Shown: piece by piece, positions 1 to 8,857 of the stretch | How the letters are laid out: every line of letters starts with the position of its first letter | Numbering within the stretch: the stretch's first letter is position 1 | Source of the DNA: Bacteroidia bacterium | Lineage (GTDB): Bacteria; Bacteroidota; Bacteroidia; UKL13-3 | Length of the DNA stretch: 64,000 bases | Direction: 5' to 3' | NCBI GenBank assembly: GCA_044351265.1 | Contig: JBILGC010000006.1 | Span: 3,167-67,166, forward strand | The notes under the pieces: generated by a model | Databases searched by the model: none | Told to the model about the DNA's origin: nothing | The model's input: only the letters and a program-made list of their open reading frames with translations | Translations under genes and position numbers: made by a program

Positions 1-2
1 GC

Positions 3-1370
3 GCAGAAGAGTATATTATTGAAGCATTAAAATGGCTTGGTATTACTCCTGATGAAGGGGTAGGATTTGGCGATGGCCCACACGCACCATACCGCCAAAG
101 TGAGCGCAAGCCTCTGTATAAGCAATATGTTAATCAGCTTATTGACGCTGGGCACGCATATTATGCTTTTGATACGGCAGAAGAATTAGAAGCCATGCGT
201 GAGCGACTTAAAGCTTCTAATGTAGATGCCAAGTATGATGCCATTACACGTTCCGCAATGAAAAACTCACTTACCCTTCCTGAAGATGAGGTTAAGCGAA
301 AGCTGGAAAGTGGTGAGCCATTTGTGGTGCGCATAAAACTGCCTAGAAAAGAAGAAGTAAAATTTCATGATGAAATACGCGGCTGGGTTAGCTTCAACAC
401 TTCGCAAATGGATGATAAGGTCTTGTACAAGAGCGATGGAATGCCCACTTATCACATGGCTAATGTTGTTGATGATTATCTGATGCAAATTTCTCATGTT
501 ATACGCGGTGAAGAGTGGCTGCCTTCTGCACCTTTACATGTTTTGTTATATCGTTATCTGGGTTGGGAGGAAGTAATGCCAAAGTTTGCTCATTTGCCAT
601 TGTTGCTCAAGCCTGAAGGTAACGGTAAATTAAGCAAACGCGATGGTGACCGGCTTGGTTTTCCCGTTTTTCCATTGGAGTGGAAAGACCCAGTAAGCGG
701 AGAAATCTCAAGTGGATATAGAGAAACAGGCTACTTACCCGATGCAGTTGTTAACCTACTTGCCTTTCTTGGATGGAATCCGGGCACACAACAGGAAATG
801 TTTAGCATAAATGAGCTAATAATAGCATTTACTTTAGATAGGGTAAGCAAATCGGGGGCTAAGTTCGACCTTAATAAAGCCAAGTGGTTTAATCAGCAAT
901 ACATCAGAAAAACAGATGACAAGTTACTTGCTGATGCATTAGATAAAATATTGCAGCAACAGGCAATACATGCCGATAAAGAGTACGTGCCAGCTGTTTG
1001 TAAATTGGTTAAAGAAAAAATTACTTTTATTAGTGATTTGTGGACTTACAGCCAATACTTTTTTATAGAACCTGACAAGTATGATGAAGGTGTGGTTGCA
1101 AAAAGGTGGAATGAAAAGTCGGCACTGGTATTGCACGCATTGGTAGATGCATTTAATGCTTTGCCCGCCTTTAATCCGGCTGAAATAGAATTGGCATACA
1201 ATGAAACTTTGGCTAAGAATGAAGTAGCTAATAAAGATTTTTTGCAATTATTTAGGGTAATGCTATCCGGTGTGGGCTCGGGGCCTCCTGTGTTTGAAAT
1301 GGCTGCCTTGTTTGGCAAAGAAAATACCATCAAGCGTTTGCAAAATGCATTAACTAAATTAGCAGCCTAA
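3..1370 (+). CDS. gltX: Glutamate--tRNA ligase (5' end truncated by window edge)
   Basis: Frame open from base 3 (AEEYIIEALKWLG...). Motifs PYRQSER, DGMPTYHMANVVDD, ISHVIRGEEW, KLSKR (KMSKS equivalent). Confidence 0.97.
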   Translation, partial: AEEYIIEALKWLGITPDEGVGFGDGPHAPYRQSERKPLYKQYVNQLIDAGHAYYAFDTAEELEAMRERLKASNVDAKYDAITRSAMKNSLTLPEDEVKRKLESGEPFVVRIKLPRKEEVKFHDEIRGWVSFNTSQMDDKVLYKSDGMPTYHMANVVDDYLMQISHVIRGEEWLPSAPLHVLLYRYLGWEEVMPKFAHLPLLLKPEGNGKLSKRDGDRLGFPVFPLEWKDPVSGEISSGYRETGYLPDAVVNLLAFLGWNPGTQQEMFSINELIIAFTLDRVSKSGAKFDLNKAKWFNQQYIRKTDDKLLADALDKILQQQAIHADKEYVPAVCKLVKEKITFISDLWTYSQYFFIEPDKYDEGVVAKRWNEKSALVLHALVDAFNALPAFNPAEIELAYNETLAKNEVANKDFLQLFRVMLSGVGSGPPVFEMAALFGKENTIKRLQNALTKLAA

Positions 1371-1381
1371 TTAGCATCGGT

Positions 1382-1996
1382 ATGAAAACATCAAGTTCTG
1401 CCATTTTAATATTGCTGTTTATGTTAAGCGGTTGTGCAGCGCACTTCGATCGTTATCCGGGCGAGAAACTCAGCAGCATTCCTTCCGAATTGCACGGAGA
1501 GTATTTTTTCCATGAGAAGCCTGCTATACTTTATATGTTTAAAAAAGACAGCGCTGCTGTAAGGATAATGGCTGATCGAATTATACCTATACCTGGCTCA
1601 AAAGCAGGAGGTGAGCCGCTAATACTTGGCGATACAGTGGCGTTTTCTAAGTTTGGTAAATATTATGCACTGAGCCAGAGGGATGAAAATATACCAAACG
1701 CATGGACCGTTTCAGTGGTGAAGGCTGATAAGAATAATCTGTATTTTTATAGTATAGAAGACAATGCAGACTACAGCGAAAAACTATTTAAGCTTTTTGT
1801 TAGTGAAACATTTGCAAGGCAATCGGATGGTTCTTATAAAAGAGTAGTGGTGCCCAATGAAGTGAAGATGCGCAACCTGAAGCATTCTGCATCCGACACT
1901 ACCGTGGTTTTTAAAATGGGAGAAGAAAGCCTTAATTTCCTGTTTGAAAAATATGTTTCAAAAGAAAAGCCGCTACATTTGCGCAGGGTAAAATAA
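1382..1996 (+). CDS. Hypothetical lipoprotein
   Basis: 204-aa ORF with hydrophobic signal and LSGC lipobox, packed between gltX and the next gene. Confidence 0.75.
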   Translation: MKTSSSAILILLFMLSGCAAHFDRYPGEKLSSIPSELHGEYFFHEKPAILYMFKKDSAAVRIMADRIIPIPGSKAGGEPLILGDTVAFSKFGKYYALSQRDENIPNAWTVSVVKADKNNLYFYSIEDNADYSEKLFKLFVSETFARQSDGSYKRVVVPNEVKMRNLKHSASDTTVVFKMGEESLNFLFEKYVSKEKPLHLRRVK

Positions 1997-2005
1997 TTAA
2001 CAAGC

Positions 2006-2413
2006 ATGAATAGACCCATACGTGTATTGGTTGCTAAAGTAGGATTAGACGGGCACGATAGAGGAGCAAAAGTTATAGCCACCGCATTAAGAGATGCAGG
2101 CATGGAAGTAATTTATACAGGCCTGCGCCAAACACCTGAAATGGTTGTGCAGGCAGCCCTGCAGGAGGACGTAGATGTAATTGGTGTGAGCATCCTTTCA
2201 GGCGCACACAATACTGTTTTTTCTAAAATGATTGAACTAATGAAAAAAGAAGGACTGCAAGATGTTTTGCTTACAGGCGGAGGCATCATTCCCGATGATG
2301 ATATGAAAGCCCTTCAAGAATTGGGCGTTGGCAAGTTGTTCGCTCCGGGAGCGCACACACACGAAATCGCAGATTATATTAAAGATTGGGCCACCACCAA
2401 CCGTTCCAACTGA
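2006..2413 (+). CDS. Stand-alone cobalamin-binding subunit of methylmalonyl-CoA mutase family
   Basis: [14 protein letters not shown] (DxHxxG B12 motif), [15 protein letters not shown]. Confidence 0.93.
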   Translation: MNRPIRVLVAKVGLDGHDRGAKVIATALRDAGMEVIYTGLRQTPEMVVQAALQEDVDVIGVSILSGAHNTVFSKMIELMKKEGLQDVLLTGGGIIPDDDMKALQELGVGKLFAPGAHTHEIADYIKDWATTNRSN

Positions 2414-2557
2414 TTTTAAAAATGCTTTTTTGTGAAGAAAAACGCTATTGCCGACACTTTTATTATGAAAAAATCCACTTAACCTTGCATCAATAAATCT
2501 AAAATGCTGTACCTTGTACGTAGCATGAAATGTAAATAGCAATACCATTACTTAATT

Positions 2558-3334
2558 ATGCATCAAAACATTTTAACAAAAACAGAGAACGAAATATTTT
2601 ATATCATAATCAATCGTGAAAGTAAACTCAATGCCCTCAACATTCAAACCTTGGCGGATATTAAACATGCTGTACTTAGCACGTATGAAGACAATGCGAT
2701 AAAAGGAGTAATTATTACAGGTGCCGGCTCTAAGGCTTTTGCAGCAGGTGCTGATATTGAAGAGTTTGCTAATTTTAATATTGAGGAAGGCACCCGTATG
2801 AGTGCAGAAGGGCATGCAGTATTGAATGCTATTGAGAAGAGCCCTAAGCCTGTAATTGCTGCAGTAAATGGGTTTGCTTTAGGAGGGGGTAATGAACTTG
2901 CAATGTCATGTCATCTGCGCGTTGCGTCAGAGAATGCTAAATTCGGACAGCCTGAAGTGAACCTTGGCATCATTCCGGGTTATGCCGGCACACAGCGCCT
3001 GGCCCAGCTCATAGGGCGCGGCCGTGCACTTGAATTATTAATGACAGCAGACATCATCAATGCTCAGGAAGCGTATCGCCTAGGTTTGGTTAACCATGTT
3101 ACTCAGCTCGATCAGCTCATTCCTAAGTGTGAAGAAATTTTAAACAAAATCAAAACCAAGTCTCCATTGGCCATATCATCCGTTATACGTTGCGTTAACG
3201 CATACTATGAAAAGAAACTTGACGGAAGCCATGTTGAGATAAACGAGTTTGGAAATTTCTTTGGCAGCGAAGATTTTAAAGAAGGAACACAAGCCTTTTT
3301 AAACAAGCGCCCTGCCGCATTTAAAGGAAAATAA
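2558..3334 (+). CDS. Enoyl-CoA hydratase/crotonase family protein
   Basis: AFAAGADI, AVNGFALGGGNEL, FGQPEVNLGIIPGYAGTQRL. Confidence 0.95.
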   Translation: MHQNILTKTENEIFYIIINRESKLNALNIQTLADIKHAVLSTYEDNAIKGVIITGAGSKAFAAGADIEEFANFNIEEGTRMSAEGHAVLNAIEKSPKPVIAAVNGFALGGGNELAMSCHLRVASENAKFGQPEVNLGIIPGYAGTQRLAQLIGRGRALELLMTADIINAQEAYRLGLVNHVTQLDQLIPKCEEILNKIKTKSPLAISSVIRCVNAYYEKKLDGSHVEINEFGNFFGSEDFKEGTQAFLNKRPAAFKGK

Positions 3335-3354
3335 TAAGCCAATTAATCAAACCG

Positions 3355-3380
3355 AAGGCTGCTTTAAAGGCGGCCTTTTT
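3355..3380. terminator. Intrinsic terminator between convergent genes
   Basis: AAGGCTGC...GCGGCCTT stem followed by a T run. Confidence 0.6.
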
Positions 3381-4038
3381 ATGATGCATGGGCCTCCTGC
3401 AAAAAAGCCACCAGGGGGTGCATGGCCTTGAATCCCAGTATAATGGATTTAATTATAGCTTCATTGCCAATACTTTTTTCATCAAATTGCATTTCGGCTA
3501 AAAAGCTTTTGTGCTTTAGATATTCAATTGCAGGGTTGTTTGCATCATAGCCTTTTGGCGGCCTGGCAAGTTTCTCGCCACTCAAACTGCCGAATAGTTT
3601 TTTAAACGTTTTATCTGAAATAATTTTTTTAAAGGCATCCGTATTATAATCTATCTCCTGCCTGATGGCAGCCAGCATTGCCGCTTCAGGCATGTAGGCC
3701 CCTCCGGCAATAAAACAATTACCGGGTTCTATGTGCAGATAGTACCCGCAAAAAGGGGCCTTTTTTCCTCCTTTGTTTATGGCAATACCAAAGTTGGTTT
3801 TGTAGGGCGATTTATCTTTTGAAAACCGTACATCTCTGTTTATTTTAAACACACAATCTTTGGGCCCTACAACCGATACAGCGGGGTCAAACTTAGCAAC
3901 CGCATCAATAAACATTTGCGCTAATTCAATCCATTCCTTTCGAAGCAATTCATACTCTTTTCTATGTAAATCGAACCACACCTTATTGTTATTTTTTCTA
4001 AGCAGCCTTAAAAAGCCAATTACTTTTTTTAAGTCCAT
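3379..4038 (-). CDS. DUF2461 (TIGR02453) family protein
   Basis: NNNKVWF, INRDVRFSKDKSPYK, GYYLHI motifs. Confidence 0.9.
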   Translation of the reverse strand: MDLKKVIGFLRLLRKNNNKVWFDLHRKEYELLRKEWIELAQMFIDAVAKFDPAVSVVGPKDCVFKINRDVRFSKDKSPYKTNFGIAINKGGKKAPFCGYYLHIEPGNCFIAGGAYMPEAAMLAAIRQEIDYNTDAFKKIISDKTFKKLFGSLSGEKLARPPKGYDANNPAIEYLKHKSFLAEMQFDEKSIGNEAIIKSIILGFKAMHPLVAFLQEAHAS

Positions 4039-4128
4039 CGTCTTTAAAATTTAGGGCAAGTTAAGGAAATGATTATTTTTGTTAGCCCTAGTGCAGCCGT
4101 TGTTTAATTGCGGCATAAACCAATAAAT

Positions 4129-4902
4129 ATGTTCGATAGAGAAAGACCCAGTTTTGAAGATAGCAATAACGTAACGGTGCAACGTTGTTTTTATGCTTAT
4201 GAGTTCGCACGTGAATTTGTGAAGGGAAAACAAACCGCTGATATTGGTTGTGCAGATGGCTATGGCACACAATATTTGGCAGATTACACATTAAGCACCA
4301 TTGGAGTAGATTACAGCGAAGCCACCATTGCCATTGCACGCCAAAAACATAAGGCCAAACAAAATTTAACTTTTAAATCGGGAAGTGTGCCTCCCATTCC
4401 ATTGGAGAGTGAAAGCGTGGAGGTGGTAACTGCATTTCAGTTTATTGAGCATATAAACGATAGGGTGGGTTTTATGAAAGAGGTGCACCGTGTGCTCAAG
4501 CCCGGAGGTGTTTTTTTATGCACCACGCCCAATATTAAAATGAGTATTGCACGTAATCCTTTCCATGTGCATGAGTATACTTTTGATGAAATGCAGCAAG
4601 AAATTTCATCAGTGTTTACACATTTTGAGCTTAAAGGCTTACAAGGCAATGAAAAGGTAAATAAGTATTATGAAGAAAATGCCCGCTGGGCAAAAAAAAT
4701 ACTGCGCTTAGATCCGCTGGGCATTCATAAAATGGTTCCTGCATCGTGGCTGGTTAAGCCCTATAATTTTTTAACCACTTTAATGCGCAAGGATTTAAAA
4801 GATAACAATAACGATACCCTTCATATTACATCAAAGGATTTTTATCTCGCTACCGATAGGCTCGATTTTACCTGGGATATTTATGTGATTGCAAGAAAAT
4901 AA
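4129..4902 (+). CDS. Class I SAM-dependent methyltransferase
   Basis: DIGCADGYG motif I, FQFIEH, RVLKPGG, NPFHVHEY. ATG 4129 preferred over TTG 4108. Confidence 0.9.
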   Translation: MFDRERPSFEDSNNVTVQRCFYAYEFAREFVKGKQTADIGCADGYGTQYLADYTLSTIGVDYSEATIAIARQKHKAKQNLTFKSGSVPPIPLESESVEVVTAFQFIEHINDRVGFMKEVHRVLKPGGVFLCTTPNIKMSIARNPFHVHEYTFDEMQQEISSVFTHFELKGLQGNEKVNKYYEENARWAKKILRLDPLGIHKMVPASWLVKPYNFLTTLMRKDLKDNNNDTLHITSKDFYLATDRLDFTWDIYVIARK

Positions 4903-4928
4903 GGGTTGTGGTTTGTAAAGTTTTGCGG

Positions 4929-5264
4929 ATGAAAATCATATTATTATTTAGCAGTATTCTAATTCTTGTTTCAGATACATCCGCTCAAACCATTTTTACG
5001 GTTGATTACCAGTCGCAGGCAGATGTAAAAGTATTTGTGGTAGACTTTGAAAGCCGTGCTGATTTGCTGGTATACAAAACCAAATACAGAAGCGAAGCAA
5101 GCGACAATGAGGGCCTTTGGCATTTTGTAAATTATCAATCGCAAGCACAGAAGAAAATATTTTTTGTTAAGCATCAGTCTCAGGCTGATTTGCTCATTTA
5201 TTTTACACCCTATAAAAGCAAGGCCGGATGGCGCAAATCCGGTAAGAAGCAATTGTTGTATTAG
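4929..5264 (+). CDS. Secreted DUF6150-like protein with 13-aa internal repeats
   Basis: Signal peptide, then repeats such as VDYQSQADVKVFV, VDFESRADLLVYK and GLWHFV. Confidence 0.75.
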   Translation: MKIILLFSSILILVSDTSAQTIFTVDYQSQADVKVFVVDFESRADLLVYKTKYRSEASDNEGLWHFVNYQSQAQKKIFFVKHQSQADLLIYFTPYKSKAGWRKSGKKQLLY

Positions 5265-5429
5265 ATAAGCGGCTGCTGCCTCTTTGCTTCTGTTTTATTC
5301 ATGCAATTAACGTTTGTGAGGCAAGATTATCGTTCCATTATTTACCCAATTGGTTTATCATTTTCTACGGGCCATTGCTGACATCTTTTAATCGAGGATT
5401 AAAATAATTTTTGAATCCAATGTTTAATG

Positions 5430-5455
5430 ACTAATTTTGTCATGACATTATTAGT
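5430..5455 (+). promoter_or_regulatory. -7 promoter element (TAATTTTG, 5432-5439) embedded in a 26-bp imperfect palindrome; putative operator
   Basis: ACTAATTTTGTCA|TGACATTATTAGT with a perfect TGTCATGACA core, 6 nt before the HTH-Fic ATG. Confidence 0.65.
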
Positions 5456-5461
5456 ATAGCG

Positions 5462-6514
5462 ATGAAATATCTAATCAAATCGGCTCGTGAAAAAAAGGGC
5501 TTGCTGGTGCGCGAGGTAGCGCAGGAGTTGAATATTGATCAGGCTTTGGTAAGCAAATTTGAAAGCGGAGCCCGAAAGCCCACCCGTGAGCAGGTAATTA
5601 AGCTGGCCTCGCTCCTTGGCTTGAATGCGAATGACTTACTGGTGCAGTGGCTTAAAGAAAAAATTATCTATGAAATAGGAGACGATGCATTGGCCCTCGA
5701 AGCTATGATGGCTGCTGAAGCTGAATTGAAAATGAAGCACTCGTATGGCGCTAAAGCACCCATACCTAAAGCCATAAAATCGGTGTTGAAGGAAATAGAT
5801 GCGTGTAAAAAGAAACTGAATACGCTGCGTGAGTTTGATAGCTACCGCATTGCACAGGCGCTAGAACTGGAGTATACTTTTGAAAGTAACCGCATAGAAG
5901 GCAATACGCTTACGCTTAAAGAAACTAATCTGGTCATTAACGAAGGACTTACTATTAGTGGAAAAACTATGCGCGAGCACCTGGAAGCTATTAATCACAA
6001 GGAGGCCATAGATTATATGAAATACCTGATTGATAAACATTCAGAAATCAATGAACGGGAGGTTTTGGCTATTCATAACCTTATTCTGCGTGGTATTGAT
6101 CAGGCCAATGCAGGCCGGTATCGCCATGTTCAGGTGATGATAAAAGGAAGTAGCCATACACCACCAGCACCTTATCTGGTAACTAAGCAAATGGAAGATT
6201 TGTTTATCTGGTATGAAACAAATAAGCGCAGTTTACACCCGGTGCTACTGGCTGCCGAAATGCATGAACGACTGGTAACTATTCATCCCTTTGTAGATGG
6301 CAATGGCCGCACTTCGCGCCTGGTGATGAATCTGATATTGCTGAAACACGGCTATGTGATTGCCAATATAAAAGGTGATAGCAAAAGCCGCATGGCTTAT
6401 TACAATGCGCTCGAAAAGGTACAGACAGGAGGCAGCAAAATTGATTTTATGCAGCTGATAGCTGCCTATGAGCTGGAAGCTATTGCGCGGTATGTTTCAA
6501 TTCTAAATAAATAA
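5462..6514 (+). CDS. XRE-type HTH fused to class II Fic (Fido) AMPylase
   Basis: N-terminal HTH (REVAQELNIDQALVSKFESGARKP), inhibitory SNRIEG helix, catalytic HPFVDGNGRTSR. Confidence 0.93.
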   Translation: MKYLIKSAREKKGLLVREVAQELNIDQALVSKFESGARKPTREQVIKLASLLGLNANDLLVQWLKEKIIYEIGDDALALEAMMAAEAELKMKHSYGAKAPIPKAIKSVLKEIDACKKKLNTLREFDSYRIAQALELEYTFESNRIEGNTLTLKETNLVINEGLTISGKTMREHLEAINHKEAIDYMKYLIDKHSEINEREVLAIHNLILRGIDQANAGRYRHVQVMIKGSSHTPPAPYLVTKQMEDLFIWYETNKRSLHPVLLAAEMHERLVTIHPFVDGNGRTSRLVMNLILLKHGYVIANIKGDSKSRMAYYNALEKVQTGGSKIDFMQLIAAYELEAIARYVSILNK

Positions 6515-6542
6515 AAAAGACCAACATGTTTGGTCTTTTTTT
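6513..6542. terminator. Bidirectional intrinsic terminator (Fic / paaD)
   Basis: AAAAAAGACCAA-catgt-TTGGTCTTTTTT. Confidence 0.8.
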
Positions 6543-7026
6543 ACACCACCGGCTTAAATCCTTCAAACGCCTGTAAGCAATTGTTGCAATAATGCATACT
6601 GCGGCAAAGCGTAGGACCAAAGGGCGATTTCATTTCGGTGTTTTTGCTGCCGCAAAACGGACATTCAGTATGTTCCAATAGTTCTTGCGTTACTTCTCCC
6701 TGATGTTTTACGGGTGGTGCCAAGCCGTGTTTCTTCAAACACATCAACCCACGTGCTGTAAGTTTATTGCTGTCCCAGGGTTTATCAAATGTAGTTACCA
6801 CTTCTACAGTTTCAATACCCATTTCTTTCAACCGCTCGGCTACCATATTTTCCATCATTTTAATGGCCGGACAACCGGTAAAAGTAGGAGTCATTTCCAC
6901 AAATACATTGCTTTCGCCACGCACTTCTACTTTGGTAATTATGCCCATATCCACTATACTCAATGTAGGTATTTCGGGGTCTTTTACCACCTCAAGGGCT
7001 TGCCATATTTGGGCTTCGGTTAGCAT
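6541..7026 (-). CDS. paaD: Phenylacetyl-CoA epoxidase maturation subunit PaaD
   Basis: VKDPEIPTLSIVDMGI, TPTFTGCPA, CPFCGS...FGPTLCRS..YCNNC. Confidence 0.93.
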   Translation of the reverse strand: MLTEAQIWQALEVVKDPEIPTLSIVDMGIITKVEVRGESNVFVEMTPTFTGCPAIKMMENMVAERLKEMGIETVEVVTTFDKPWDSNKLTARGLMCLKKHGLAPPVKHQGEVTQELLEHTECPFCGSKNTEMKSPFGPTLCRSMHYCNNCLQAFEGFKPVV

Positions 7027-7036
7027 GTTGATTTGA

Positions 7037-7153
7037 TTAGAAGGTTGGGAAAATTAGAAGGTTACAAGGTTTAGAAAGATTAGAAGGTTGAAAAGTTAAA
7101 CGGTTGCTTTGATTAGTCAATAACTTTCTAACCTTTCAACCTTCTAACTTTAA
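7037..7153. repeat. Inverted pair of 8-nt tandem arrays forming a hairpin (empty element) in the paaC-paaD spacer
   Basis: About 8 units (TTAGAAGG, TTACAAGG, TTGAAAAG...) at 7037-7103 and reverse-complement units at 7121-7153. 7080-7098 pairs with 7129-7147 at 18/19 positions. Confidence 0.85.
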
Positions 7154-7161
7154 AATCCCTC

Positions 7162-7911
7162 CTACCACTCCGCAGTCGGGTCAATTTTAAACACTTCGCT
7201 CATTTCATCCAGTAAGGGTTGCAGGTGCTCGGTGTGCATACCTTTACGCCCGCCATACAAAGGTTGCCATGAGGTTTCATCGGGTATAGTAAGCGTTGCT
7301 TTGGTAAGGATAGGTGAAATAATACCCAGCCAGCGTTTTTTCAATTCGGCTTCACCTTCAAATATTTTTTCGCTAATGAGTTGTTGCTCGTGTTCGCTTG
7401 CTTCAAACATTCCCAATGCGTAATCCCACGCTTCGTTTAATGCATTTTGCATACGAATATGGCTTTCTTCGGTAGCGGCACCCATTTTGGTTATCCATGT
7501 ATTTGCATGAAACACGTGGTATTTCAATTCACCTTTTACTTTGCGGGCAACTTTAGCCAGTGGCTCGTAGCTTGAATTGGCAAGCATATCAAAACGCAAC
7601 TGATCGGCCGTATCAAAAAGAAAATGACGTATAGTACTGAAATCGTATTCGCCATTTGGCAACTCCACAAATTGGCTGTTGTGAAACTGATTGGCATTGC
7701 GGGTAAAAGCAACGGTATCGGGTTCCTGCTCACCCAGTTGATGCAGCAATTGATAGAGCGCTTGTGCTTGTCCAATTTTGTCCTGCGCCATAGATGAAAA
7801 CGCGATGTCTTCTTCCAGTATGGGTCCAAGCCCGGTCCATTCGCTGTTGCGGTGGCCAAGTATCAGCAGGTCGTCTGCCATTTTATAGAGGAGGTCTTTG
7901 ATGTGGTTCAT
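7162..7911 (-). CDS. paaC: Phenylacetyl-CoA epoxidase subunit PaaC
   Basis: ADDLLILGHRNSEWTG, PILEEDIA, KGELKYH, DPTAEW C-terminus. Confidence 0.95.
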   Translation of the reverse strand: MNHIKDLLYKMADDLLILGHRNSEWTGLGPILEEDIAFSSMAQDKIGQAQALYQLLHQLGEQEPDTVAFTRNANQFHNSQFVELPNGEYDFSTIRHFLFDTADQLRFDMLANSSYEPLAKVARKVKGELKYHVFHANTWITKMGAATEESHIRMQNALNEAWDYALGMFEASEHEQQLISEKIFEGEAELKKRWLGIISPILTKATLTIPDETSWQPLYGGRKGMHTEHLQPLLDEMSEVFKIDPTAEW

Positions 7912-7922
7912 TTGTTTTTTAA

Positions 7923-7979
7923 TTACAAGGTTGAAAGGTTTGATAGTTGCAAAGTTGTAAGCGTTAGAAAGTTGAAATT
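7923..7979. repeat. Solo 8-nt tandem array in the paaB-paaC spacer
   Basis: TTACAAGG TTGAAAGG TTTGATAG TTGCAAAG TTGTAAGCG TTAGAAAG TTGAAATT. Confidence 0.8.
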
Positions 7980-8021
7980 TTGGTGCGCTGGGCTACACTT
8001 CATCGAATGGGGTCTGCGCTG

Positions 8022-8393
8022 CTATCCCTTTTGTTCTTTTTTATATTTATTGATTTTCTCCATCACTTTATAGCCACCTGCTTCGCGGTATTGTTTTTCG
8101 GGTACGGTTTCAAAAATATCGGAGTCATCATAGTCAGAAGTAAACACATCGGCAGAGCGTACCACCCAAATATTTACACTCACTCCCCTGCGACCGAATT
8201 GTTCTTTGCCAAACAGCAAAGCCATTTCTGCATTGGGTGCGTGAACGATGCCAACATGCATATGCTGGTCGCCACGTTTTTTCTGGTGAAATACTTCATA
8301 TGTTTCCCACTGATCCAGTTCGTTCAGGGGTTTTATTTCATTGTTGAGTTCTATCTGTGCGCGGTTTACGCGAGGGTCGAGGGATTTGATCAT
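8022..8393 (-). CDS. paaB: Phenylacetyl-CoA epoxidase subunit PaaB
   Basis: WETYEVF, HVGIVHAPNAEMAL, GRR...NIWVV, KQYR; position in paa operon. Confidence 0.9.
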   Translation of the reverse strand: MIKSLDPRVNRAQIELNNEIKPLNELDQWETYEVFHQKKRGDQHMHVGIVHAPNAEMALLFGKEQFGRRGVSVNIWVVRSADVFTSDYDDSDIFETVPEKQYREAGGYKVMEKINKYKKEQKG

Positions 8394-8405
8394 TGCCTTT
8401 TATTA

Positions 8406-8459
8406 TTACAAGGTTAAAAAGATTAGAAGGTTATGAAAGTTGGAAAAATTACAAGGTTG
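8406..8459. repeat. 8-nt tandem array at the 3' end of the four-helix-bundle gene
   Basis: TTACAAGG TTAAAAAGA TTAGAAGG TTATGAAAG TTGGAAAAA TTACAAGG TTG; the last unit contains the ORF stop codon. Confidence 0.8.
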
Positions 8460-8844
8460 GGCTACTATTTTGTTTCCGATGTGCTGATAAATACTTCAGG
8501 AAGTTTTTTATACTTTTAGAAATAACAAGTACACGTTCTACCAATTGTTGATGGGTTTGGTCATCAATTTGTTTTGTTCGATGAAATGCGTGTAGCATAC
8601 CGCGAACCTCACCCGCTGAACCTTTAGCATAACGAAGGAAGCGAATAAATTGGAGGTTGTTTTCATATTCGAATCCTTCTGCAATATTATTTGATATAGA
8701 TAATGTTGCTCTGATTAACTGATCTCTAATGCCAAGTTCAAACTTAAATCCGGGACCTTTGGAGGCTTCATACACATCAACGTAAAGGTCGATTGCACGA
8801 TTCCAAATATCCAGGTCTTCAAATGTTTCAACTTTCTCAGTCAT
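8449..8844 (-). CDS. Four-helix-bundle protein (TIGR02436 / 23S rRNA IVS protein / Avd-like family)
   Basis: FEDLDIW, RDQLIRATLSISNNIAEGF, FIRFLRYAKGSAGEV family motifs. ATG 8844 preferred over TTG 8856. Confidence 0.92.
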   Translation of the reverse strand: MTEKVETFEDLDIWNRAIDLYVDVYEASKGPGFKFELGIRDQLIRATLSISNNIAEGFEYENNLQFIRFLRYAKGSAGEVRGMLHAFHRTKQIDDQTHQQLVERVLVISKSIKNFLKYLSAHRKQNSSPTL

Positions 8845-8857
8845 TCCTCTAATCAAT

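Noticed and set aside
2558-3334. Calling the enoyl-CoA hydratase paaF or paaG
   Set aside because: It is outside the paa operon, has no PaaR-like operator upstream, and its motifs are generic crotonase.
7980-8417. 145-aa plus-strand ORF spanning paaB
   Set aside because: Antisense shadow of paaB with no independent expression signals.
7037-8459. CRISPR array or IS ends as an explanation for the repeats
   Set aside because: Units are 8-9 nt, tandem and degenerate, with no unique spacers, cas genes, transposase or evident target-site duplication.
8449-8844. Diversity-generating retroelement, or rRNA IVS, suggested by the Avd/IVS-like protein
   Set aside because: No reverse transcriptase, no TR/VR pair with adenine-specific mismatches and no rRNA gene in the window.
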